Shown here piece after piece: positions 57,200 through 64,000 of a DNA stretch of 64,000 nt (its first letter is position 1; each line of letters starts with the position of its first letter). The notes under the pieces were generated by a model that did not search any database, was not told the origin of the DNA, and was given only the letters and a program-made list of their open reading frames with translations. The stretch covers positions 1,760 through 65,759 of the forward strand of contig JAPOYE010000047.1 in the NCBI GenBank assembly GCA_026706695.1, given 5' to 3'. Made by a program: the position numbers and the translations under genes. This DNA is from Candidatus Dadabacteria bacterium. GTDB lineage: Bacteria > Desulfobacterota_D > UBA1144 > Nemesobacterales > Nemesobacteraceae.

Positions 57200-57272
57200 C
57201 TCAGGGAAAATGCAGATTCATTTTGAGTTTGCGTCTCTCTTTGGAACCAGAGCATGACCCTCCCGCCTGCGT

Positions 57273-57590
57273 TTAGTGGTCAGGGGAAACAAGGGTTACG
57301 TGGTCACCTTCAATTTTCTCCCGGAATCTCTCCGGCATGTCATCCCACACGAACAGGTCCACCCGAAACGGAAGATCGCTCTGTTCAAGAGCTTCCCGAA
57401 GATCGCCGACCTGTCTTCTCTGTCCGCTTCCGGCAAATACCACCATGTCGAGATCCGAACTCTTTTTCGCGGCAAGCCTCGCGCGGGAACCGTATACCCA
57501 GACGCGGGTATTCGGAAGATGCTTTTTAAGCAGCGCAAGAAGAACGCCGCGCTGCTCAGAAGAGATATCAATAGCTTTTACTGTTTCCAT
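57273..57590 (-). CDS. MNT-type nucleotidyltransferase antitoxin
   Basis: 105 aa with the minimal nucleotidyltransferase motif VYGSRARLAAKKSSDLDMVV (GS-x10-DxD). Confidence 0.85.
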   Translation of the reverse strand: METVKAIDISSEQRGVLLALLKKHLPNTRVWVYGSRARLAAKKSSDLDMVVFAGSGQRRQVGDLREALEQSDLPFRVDLFVWDDMPERFREKIEGDHVTLVSPDH

Positions 57591-58000
57591 GTTTCTCCGC
57601 TCATTGTTTCGTAAAGACCTGTGGCATCGTCAATAAAGCTGCTTATGATTCCAAGGCATCTTCTGGCCTTTCCCTCATCATAGTCATGGCTTGTATTGAT
57701 GCGGCTGTTTGCGTAATCAAGCCATTTTTCGATCGGTGAGGGGAGAAGGTTGTTTTCAAAGGCCAGTCTGAAAACAGGTTTCGGGCTGTTTGGGGCATCT
57801 GGAACGCCGAGTTCCTCTGCGAGGTGGCGTCTCAGCACCTTCCATAGGCAGTCGTAACAGACCTCAAACCTGTGTATGACCGACTCGGCCACAGCTTCCC
57901 GCATTATCGAATCCAGGTCAGAGTTCTCTATGGCACGGTAATTTCCGTACTGTTCCTCAAGGCGTTTCAGGGAATTTTGAAATTTGTCGTATTCAATCAT
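57578..58000 (-). CDS. HEPN-domain toxin (HI0074 'nucleotidyltransferase substrate-binding protein' family)
   Basis: 140 aa with the HEPN RxxxxH motif RINTSHDY. It overlaps the downstream MNT gene by 13 nt. Confidence 0.85.
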   Translation of the reverse strand: MIEYDKFQNSLKRLEEQYGNYRAIENSDLDSIMREAVAESVIHRFEVCYDCLWKVLRRHLAEELGVPDAPNSPKPVFRLAFENNLLPSPIEKWLDYANSRINTSHDYDEGKARRCLGIISSFIDDATGLYETMSGETWKQ

Positions 58001-58103
58001 GAAAACGATCCTTCATTGCCAAGTCCTGTCTTCCCGGCGAAGCTCCTCGTGACTGCGGTGGAGGATTTCGGAAAGAACCTGAAGCCGGACTCCACCTATC
58101 ATA

Positions 58104-58145
58104 AAGGATTTCCCGTTGCTCATAATGGGTTATTATATAACGGAA
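58104..58145. repeat. 42-bp direct repeat, copy B
   Basis: AAGGATTTCCCGTTGCTCATAATGGGTTATTATATAACGGAA. On the minus strand it starts a 36-codon ORF (58013-58123; MSNGKSF + unrelated tail) that ends 12 nt before the HEPN ATG. Confidence 0.95.
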
Positions 58146-58189
58146 GTTAAAAAAAAGCAGGGTTTCTGACCCGAAGCGAGGGGGTAAAA

Positions 58190-58954
58190 ATGGCAAGACT
58201 TGATGGAAAAACGGCGCTCATAACGGGCGGGGGAGAGGGAATAGGAAAAGCTACGGCGCTTTTGTTCTCAGCAGAAGGCGCCAACGTGGGCATAATGTCG
58301 AGAACCGCGGAGAGGCTTGACGAGGTGGTTTCTGAGAACCCGGGACCCGGGGAGATAAGGGCCTATCCGGGTGACGTTTCCATAGAAGAGGACGCAAAGA
58401 GGGTGGTAGAGGCCTTCTACGGAGATTTCGGAAGGGTCGACATACTGTTTAACAACGCCGGGATACTTGAGGGCGGCACTGTGGTGACTACCTCTAACGA
58501 GGTTTGGGACCGCACGATCGACATAAACGTGAAGGGGGTCTTTCTCGTAAGCAAGTACGTGGTTCCGCTCATGGCCAAGCACGGCGGGGGCTCCATAATC
58601 AACAACTCAAGCGTGCTCGGCATCGTGGGGATGGAGGGCTGCGTGGCGTATAATGCCTCTAAGGGAGCCGTGAGGCAGATAACGAGGAGCATGGCCCTTG
58701 ATCACGCGAAGGACAACATAAGGACAAATTCCGTCTGTCCCGGCTACATAAAGACCAAGATGGACCCCGAGTTCATGGGGAACCCCCCGGACGCGGAGGA
58801 GCAGCTCGACGCGATAGCGGCCGACATGATTCCCCTTGTTAGAAGGGCCGAGGCGGAGGAGGTGGCCCACTCGGTGCTCTACCTGGCTTCGGACGAGGCC
58901 CGGTACGTTACGGGTTCCGATCTTGTTATAGACGGGGGCTGGACCACGCTTTAG
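58190..58954 (+). CDS. short-chain dehydrogenase/reductase (SDR)
   Basis: 254 aa with TGGGEGIGKA, NNAG and the catalytic YNASKGAV. Confidence 0.9.
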   Translation: MARLDGKTALITGGGEGIGKATALLFSAEGANVGIMSRTAERLDEVVSENPGPGEIRAYPGDVSIEEDAKRVVEAFYGDFGRVDILFNNAGILEGGTVVTTSNEVWDRTIDINVKGVFLVSKYVVPLMAKHGGGSIINNSSVLGIVGMEGCVAYNASKGAVRQITRSMALDHAKDNIRTNSVCPGYIKTKMDPEFMGNPPDAEEQLDAIAADMIPLVRRAEAEEVAHSVLYLASDEARYVTGSDLVIDGGWTTL

Positions 58955-59010
58955 GTGCGGCGGGGGAGAAACTTTTAGAGAACAAACCAGAGACAAAGGA
59001 GGGATTTTCA

Positions 59011-59892
59011 ATGGAAGTTTTTGAAGCAATGGGCACGAGGAGAAGCTTTAGGTTCTATAAGCCCTGGAAGGAGGTTGAGAACTGGAAAATACAGAAGATG
59101 CTCCAGGCGGCGCGGTACTGCTCCTGCCAGGGCAACTGCAACTCGACCGAGGCGATAGTCATAGACAAAAGGACCTATCCCCCGGAGAAATTCGAGAAGA
59201 TAGTTGAATGCGGATCCGCGTTTAACGAGATTCACCTGCGCCAGGCCCCGATTATCGTTGCGTGGCTGATAAACCTGGACGCCTGGTACAAGGAGCTCAT
59301 ACAGACCTTCCAGGTGCTGTTTCCCGCGAGGGCCATAACCGCCGCTCACGGCTGGACCTACAAGATACTTACCGAGAACACCTATCCGAGGCTAATGAGT
59401 TTTCCCAAGGACAGGGCGGAGGATCTTCTGAGGGTCGAGGCGGGCCAGGCAATAGCGAACGCCATGCTCGCGGCCACTGACCTGGGACTCGGGTGCTGCC
59501 TTATAGCCACGGGCAGAAAGCCGGCAGAGTTCCCGAAGGTTCTCGGGACTCCGGAGAACATAGTCCCTATCTGGCTCATGACGGTGGGATATGCGGCCGA
59601 GGACCCCGGGCAGAGACCGAGGAAAAGGTTCGACAGGCTCTATCACTCAAACGAATACGGAACTCCGCTTGCCGAGGACCAGGACGTGCGGAAGGAGCTT
59701 GAGGGGGAGAAACTCATACAGCCCATGGATCCGCTTCCGGGGAGGGAGGAGGAGCTTCGTCACATATGCAGGATGTTCGGTTTCACGGAAGATATGTGCG
59801 ACATGCCGAAGGAGAAGGTACTTGAGATGTACGAGGAGGACTCTCCCTATTACGGGGAGCTTCCCCCGGGCCTTGAGGAAAGAGGGGTCTGA
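59011..59892 (+). CDS. nitroreductase-family protein
   Basis: 293 aa with the RRSFRFYK N-terminal FMN motif and the later GLGCCLI block. It carries an extra ~90-aa acidic C-terminal extension. Confidence 0.75.
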   Translation: MEVFEAMGTRRSFRFYKPWKEVENWKIQKMLQAARYCSCQGNCNSTEAIVIDKRTYPPEKFEKIVECGSAFNEIHLRQAPIIVAWLINLDAWYKELIQTFQVLFPARAITAAHGWTYKILTENTYPRLMSFPKDRAEDLLRVEAGQAIANAMLAATDLGLGCCLIATGRKPAEFPKVLGTPENIVPIWLMTVGYAAEDPGQRPRKRFDRLYHSNEYGTPLAEDQDVRKELEGEKLIQPMDPLPGREEELRHICRMFGFTEDMCDMPKEKVLEMYEEDSPYYGELPPGLEERGV

Positions 59893-59920
59893 GAAAAAAC
59901 CATATATAATAAGGAGAAGG

Positions 59921-59965
59921 GCGCAGCTATCTTCGGGGTTTCTCCCGAGGGGGCTGCGCTTTTTT
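59921..59965 (+). terminator. rho-independent terminator after the nitroreductase gene
   Basis: GCGCAGC (59921-59927) pairs with GCTGCGC (59953-59959), with further inner pairing (CTTCGGG/CCCGAGG). Six T residues follow (59960-59965). Confidence 0.7.
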
Positions 59966-60266
59966 GTGCTACTGCTTTTTGTACTCGCACTTGCGGAGAT
60001 TCTGTTTTATGTGTGCCACCACTTGTGGTCTCCATTGTGGCAATAAATCCTTTGCCAAAAAACTTATTGCCAAAAAATCCTTTGTCAGGCAGATAATGGA
60101 AAGCCATCCTGTCCTGACTGAAACCATGGAACCGCTCTGGCACGCGGTGCGGGCGGAGACGGGCGAAGAACTCGAATCCCTGCCCGCGGAGATCACTCAA
60201 GCCGTAATTGATATAAGGAAGAGGTTCTCGGAGAAAAAAAAGATGTTGCCAGGAACAACGCCGCTA

Positions 60267-60356
60267 TCAAGCCGATAGATTTCCCCTATTTCCTGTGCTC
60301 GCACTTACAGAGGTTCTGCCTTGACCGCCGCCTTCCATGTAGATTGCGACATTCAC
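60267..60356 (-). pseudogene. truncated N-terminal remnant of the partner gene (DUF4276-like?)
   Basis: The GTG overlaps the preceding stop (GTGA). It reads VNVAIYMEGGGQGRTSVSAS.. and stops after 29 codons. The (Y)(V/M)EGGG start is, from memory, typical of DUF4276-type proteins that follow such ATPases. Confidence 0.25.
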
Positions 60357-60556
60357 GGGTTTGCGCCCAGCTCGCCCATTCGCCAAAGATCCCCAAGCGC
60401 GTAATCCTCCAGCCAGTGCGCGAGTTTGGCGGAGTCGAGATGTCGTAGCGTCGTTCCCGCTCCGGATCGCTCGCAGGCGACTACCGTATCCGGCTTGGGG
60501 AAGGTATCGGCTTGAAGCGATTCTGAATAGCATGTCGGCGCAAGCGTTCCAATACC
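60353..60556 (-). pseudogene. C-terminal remnant of an ATPase-like gene (no start codon)
   Basis: 67 sense codons, open directly after and in frame with the stop of the upstream 679-aa gene. They read ..ERSGAGTTLRHLDSAKLAHWLEDYALGDLWRMGELGANP*. From memory this resembles the C-terminal tails of AAA_21-type ATPases from two-gene defence-island modules. No ATG/GTG/TTG start is available. Confidence 0.3.
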
Positions 60557-62596
60557 TCATAGCAGGAACTCTGATTTCATATTTTCGACAAAGTCTGGAC
60601 CGCAATGGTCAAATCCAAAGAGTTGGAGTATCGGGCAAGCCAAATCTGACACAACCGTCGCCCACTCATCTTCAAGTTTCTCCACGGCGCATGTTTTCTC
60701 TGTAGTGAGTTTGTCCGCTTTCGCTACGCGACGCAGGGAATAATAAACTGAACGATTGAAATCAGAAATTTCCCGGTTCCCGAGGCCCATCCAGGTGCAG
60801 CGGAAACTCACTTGGGATGCCGTTTTAAACTCTTTTGCCAGCAACATCGCGTGAGTGACCAGTTCCGCCGTCTCCCGGATAACTGTTTCGGGAGACAGCC
60901 AGGTGCCAGCACTTCGGCTAAGCTCTTCAACGCTGTCTGGCCTGTCTTCCCTGTAGGCCCTAATCAGGCTCATGCGTCCATCGGGCGCGACGCGCTGAAG
61001 TTCCGGAAACCAGAGACCCGCGCCGTGTGGTTCGACATCGTTAATCATAAAATTGCCCTCAAGCAAGTATTCTCCTTCGTCCGATTCCTTTGGTCGGGGT
61101 GCCGGTTTGATTTTCTGCAGGAATTTCGGGTCAAACATGCTCCAGCCTTTCCACACCGTGGTGCGGACTCCGTTAACCACTTTTTCCAAGACTTGGAGAA
61201 ACGGCCGCGGAGAAAATTTTTTCTCGTCTGGAGAGATCAAGTAACTCAGCTGGTAGCGATTATCTTTTAGCGACGGCCAGATAGAACCTTGAGCCTTGGA
61301 AAGCAGGTCAAGGAAACGCTTCTCCGTTTCTTCATGCCAAGTCTCCAGCCGTTGTCTTGTGGCAGGCACTTCTCTTTCCGGCGTTCCTGGAACTCTACTC
61401 GAGTGCAGCCGCACCATGAAACGTTCGTGTTTTTCAATGAGGTCGGGGTTGGAACCGTTATGTTCTTTCATCCCTTTTATGATTTTCCGTGATACCCCCA
61501 TCCCAAGATTTTCCATGTATCCGTAATCTCGCATGAAATCTTTGAGCAGTGGATTTCTGGAAGACCGAGCTCCGTCGCGCATGCTCTCCGGTGTTATCCC
61601 GTTCGGGAGCTTTCCGGGCGAGGTTATTTCCAGTCTGTCACTATAAACCGCCAGTTCAATGTCGGTACCCGATAGAAGGTAGTCTCTGTGTGTCAAGGCG
61701 TTTACTATGGCTTCCCTGACGGCATCCTCAGGGTATGTTGGCCTTTCCACGCGGCGAGCACCGTCTTCAAGAACGGCCGATACGGAGGTGTTGCGCCGGA
61801 CGAAATCCACGGACTGTTCTACTAGGCCCGTTTCCAGAAGGTTGCCCTTGCTGTCCATAAGCGGGGCCATGGCTCCTCGAAGCTGCTTCCGTTCTCTTGT
61901 AGCGTATTCTTTTTCCGTTCCTGCAAACGCCACGGCGTTGATGCCTGCCTGCGGCAGATATCGGTTCGGCGTTGTTCCGAACAGCAGCATACCGCCGACC
62001 GTTACTACATCTTCGTCCATAATTTCCATGTTTGAAAGCAGGGTAATCCATCCCGCGTCGTCATCTGGAAAGTCCCGCTGGAGAATACGCCCGAAGTAGT
62101 CTTTAAGCCGACGACGGTCCAAGTCGTTGATTGTCGTTCCCGAAATCGGTCGGGAGTCGACGCGCAACATATGTCTTTGCTGGAACAGACGACTCATCTC
62201 CTCAAGAGTTGGTTCACGGCTTTGGGAACCAACTCTTATATAACAGACCGTTCTGTTATTGTGCCAGCGGCTGTGTGCGTAAAGACCCTGAGGAACGCGT
62301 ACGACCGCAACATTTTTGCCTGGTTCTACTTCTTCAATGATTTCAAAATACGGGATTATAGCCGGCCTGATTTTGTCTCTGCACGTGTTCATCACCCATT
62401 CTTCAAGACCCTCTCGGACAAGGCCCGTGACGCTTCCGTCATCTTCAACGCCGAGAAGCACGATGCCACCCTCAAGATTGGAAAAAGCGACAAGTTCTTT
62501 CGCGAGATCGTGGTTTTGCAGGGTGTCGCGTTTGAACTCAACGCCTGAATTCTCACCGTTGGCAATAATTTCCAGAAGTTCTGTTCGTGTTATCAT
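60557..62596 (-). CDS. AlbA_2 (Schlafen-type) + HATPase_c_4 domain protein with unassigned C-terminal domain
   Basis: 679 aa. N-terminus: TELLEIIANGENSGVEFKRD...AFSNLEGGIVLLGVEDDGSVTGL. Middle: VREAIVNALTHRDY..GTDIELAVYSDRLEITSPGKLPNGIT...SRNPLLKDFMRDYGYMENLGMGV. Residues ~410-679 carry no recognisable motif. Confidence 0.8.
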   Translation of the reverse strand: MITRTELLEIIANGENSGVEFKRDTLQNHDLAKELVAFSNLEGGIVLLGVEDDGSVTGLVREGLEEWVMNTCRDKIRPAIIPYFEIIEEVEPGKNVAVVRVPQGLYAHSRWHNNRTVCYIRVGSQSREPTLEEMSRLFQQRHMLRVDSRPISGTTINDLDRRRLKDYFGRILQRDFPDDDAGWITLLSNMEIMDEDVVTVGGMLLFGTTPNRYLPQAGINAVAFAGTEKEYATRERKQLRGAMAPLMDSKGNLLETGLVEQSVDFVRRNTSVSAVLEDGARRVERPTYPEDAVREAIVNALTHRDYLLSGTDIELAVYSDRLEITSPGKLPNGITPESMRDGARSSRNPLLKDFMRDYGYMENLGMGVSRKIIKGMKEHNGSNPDLIEKHERFMVRLHSSRVPGTPEREVPATRQRLETWHEETEKRFLDLLSKAQGSIWPSLKDNRYQLSYLISPDEKKFSPRPFLQVLEKVVNGVRTTVWKGWSMFDPKFLQKIKPAPRPKESDEGEYLLEGNFMINDVEPHGAGLWFPELQRVAPDGRMSLIRAYREDRPDSVEELSRSAGTWLSPETVIRETAELVTHAMLLAKEFKTASQVSFRCTWMGLGNREISDFNRSVYYSLRRVAKADKLTTEKTCAVEKLEDEWATVVSDLACPILQLFGFDHCGPDFVENMKSEFLL

Positions 62597-62599
62597 GTC

Positions 62600-64000
62600 T
62601 CAGAATCCGTACTTGGAGCGACGCATCTCGAAAGCGTCCTTGCCGCCTTCCAGAATTTCTTCAACCAATTCTCGAACCAGCTGAGAATCAATGGAACCCA
62701 TATGCTCAGTTGCTATATCTGCTTGACCCGTCTCAGCTTTACCCGATACGTCTAGGCCGAGGATCAGTTCGGCATCGCCTAGAACCGGAATATTTGCATT
62801 GTGGGTAGAGAACACGAACTGTCGGCGCTGTTTCTCCGTGCGCATGATCGGCACTATGCTTTCGGTGATGAAGCGGTTATCAAGATCATCCTCCGGCTGA
62901 TCAACAACAAGCGGGGAATTTGATTCAAGCAGGAGCAACAGAAGTATGGCCGTGGCCTTCTGACCCGTGGAAAGTGATTGTAGCTTCTGCCATGTCTCCG
63001 GTTCCCCCTCTGCTGCCGTGTTCAGTTCGATCTCGGTTATAGTCGGAAGTTCCAATTCTTCAATCCTCATGAACAGACCGGGACCGGCTTTTGCTATCCG
63101 CGCCGCAGCCCTTGGGGGAAACCGATATTTTTCCATGAGTGCTTCTTTGCCCTTTCGGCATTGCTCGGCGAATTCCTGGAGAGACAACTGATCAGTTTCT
63201 CGCAGTTTCTCGAAGGCAGCGACGAGTTTTCCCCCAACTTCCCTCAATAGCTGTTCAAAAGGGTCGTAGTTTCCGGCCATCTTGACATCAACCCGTACTC
63301 GGCCATGCAGTTTTTTTGAAACTTTTCTGGACGCCTTGGCAATCTCACGATATTCGCTGTTCTTGAGGTCTTCCCATTCCGAGAGAAGTTTTCGGCGGTC
63401 CGACTCGTATGCGGACAGGTTACGCTTAAGAGTTTTGGCTTTGTCTTTTAAAGGACGCAACTCCTCGATTTGATGTCTCAACTGTATGAACTCGGCACCA
63501 TCAATTTTTGATTTCTGGAGATCCCGCAATAGCTTTTCGTAAGTTTTTTCGATAGCATTTCGTTTTTGCTCCCAGCGCGATTTGATTTCTGCTATCGCCT
63601 TATCTGTTTCGGAGACGGCCTTGGCAAATCGACCAGCAACTTTGGCGAGGTTTCCGCTCAGGGATCCAAGAACCGTTTTCGTTTCAAGCAAGATCTCGGC
63701 GTTCGGCAATCCTTCAAGTGCTTTATCGGAGACGAAGGCCATGTCGATCGGAAGTTCCTCCATCAGTTCACTGTAAAGCGTGCGTATCGGTTCCAATCGC
63801 TCTTTAGCCTCGGAAAACAAGCGTTCCTCCCGGACCAGCATACTTTTTTCTTTGAGTCGCTCCGCAAGCCCAACCTTCACAAAGCGCTTTTGCGTTTCTT
63901 CAAGACCGGGCAGTTTTGCCAGTCGTTCATCAAGCGCTTCTATCTCGCGCCGCGCATCCAGTATCCGGTTTCTAGATCTCTCCAGCTCCAAGCGGAGTTT
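62600..64000 (-). CDS. SMC/Rad50-like coiled-coil ABC ATPase, C-terminal part (5' end beyond window)
   Basis: Frame open to base 64000 (>=466 codons). About 330 aa of charged, heptad-rich sequence is followed by LSTGQKATAILLLLLLE (signature-like), PLVVDQPEDDLD (Walker B/D-loop) and FVFSTHNANIPVLGDAE (H-loop). The stop lies 3 nt before the ATG of the next gene. Confidence 0.75.
   Translation of the reverse strand, partial: KLRLELERSRNRILDARREIEALDERLAKLPGLEETQKRFVKVGLAERLKEKSMLVREERLFSEAKERLEPIRTLYSELMEELPIDMAFVSDKALEGLPNAEILLETKTVLGSLSGNLAKVAGRFAKAVSETDKAIAEIKSRWEQKRNAIEKTYEKLLRDLQKSKIDGAEFIQLRHQIEELRPLKDKAKTLKRNLSAYESDRRKLLSEWEDLKNSEYREIAKASRKVSKKLHGRVRVDVKMAGNYDPFEQLLREVGGKLVAAFEKLRETDQLSLQEFAEQCRKGKEALMEKYRFPPRAAARIAKAGPGLFMRIEELELPTITEIELNTAAEGEPETWQKLQSLSTGQKATAILLLLLLESNSPLVVDQPEDDLDNRFITESIVPIMRTEKQRRQFVFSTHNANIPVLGDAELILGLDVSGKAETGQADIATEHMGSIDSQLVRELVEEILEGGKDAFEMRRSKYGF

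Noticed and set aside
59964-60278. 104-aa track ORF (and the antisense 116-aa ORF 59850-60200), considered as real genes.
   Set aside because: The N-terminal half is Cys/Phe-rich nonsense that overlaps the terminator. Only the last 60 codons (from the ATG at 60096) look protein-like, and they lack an RBS. It is therefore kept as an open question in a finding rather than listed as a feature.
54821-60556. Looked for a direct repeat of the tRNA-Gln 3' end (attR), which would define one large integrated element spanning the islet, nitrilase/SDR/nitroreductase genes and the low-GC block.
   Set aside because: No copy of the tRNA 3' segment was seen by eye. The nitrilase, SDR and nitroreductase genes have core-like GC, so the accessory pieces are treated as separate insertions. 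A computational repeat search is needed to be sure.

Overview
Origin-proximal chromosomal segment of a diderm (Gram-negative-type) bacterium, roughly 55-58 % GC by eye; the taxon cannot be determined from the sequence alone. About 55 genes, mostly housekeeping and densely packed: secA, smc, ppiD-like, cofD, mltA, glucokinase, tilS, ihfA, pheT, mnmE, a pterin/folate cluster (pabB-pabC-mazG-folE2), thiL, dnaA-dnaN, a gspL/M/N-like trio, pheA-hisC-tyrA-msrB, cofC, hisB-hisH, slt, queF and two tRNAs (Met-CAT, Gln-CTG). Chromosome-maintenance signals are readable directly: two identical perfect parS palindromes bracket mnmE. The dnaA-dnaN spacer carries phased 9-mers, a DnaA-trio-like tract and an AT-rich stretch, so it is a candidate oriC. 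Accessory, visibly lower-GC DNA occurs in four places. (1) A higBA cassette at 49.4-50.1 kb. (2) A 1.45-kb islet abutting tRNA-Gln with the 'mobile mystery protein A/B' (HTH + Fic) pair, where the Fic gene is frameshifted. (3) A HEPN/MNT toxin-antitoxin cassette inserted between a nitrilase gene and its promoter, bounded by a 42-bp duplication. (4) From about 59.97 kb to the window end, a scar with decayed gene fragments followed by a translationally coupled operon. That operon encodes a coiled-coil SMC/Rad50-like ABC ATPase (5' end outside the window) and an AlbA_2/HATPase_c_4 protein with an unassigned ~270-aa C-terminal domain. I rate it the best candidate for an undescribed (defence-type) system. 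A second unusual locus is a secreted tandem Cache-like protein with an unclassified C-terminal sorting tail, divergently paired with a TonB-dependent receptor. No rRNA, CRISPR array or intact transposase was seen. All family assignments come from reading motifs in the translations; no searches were run.
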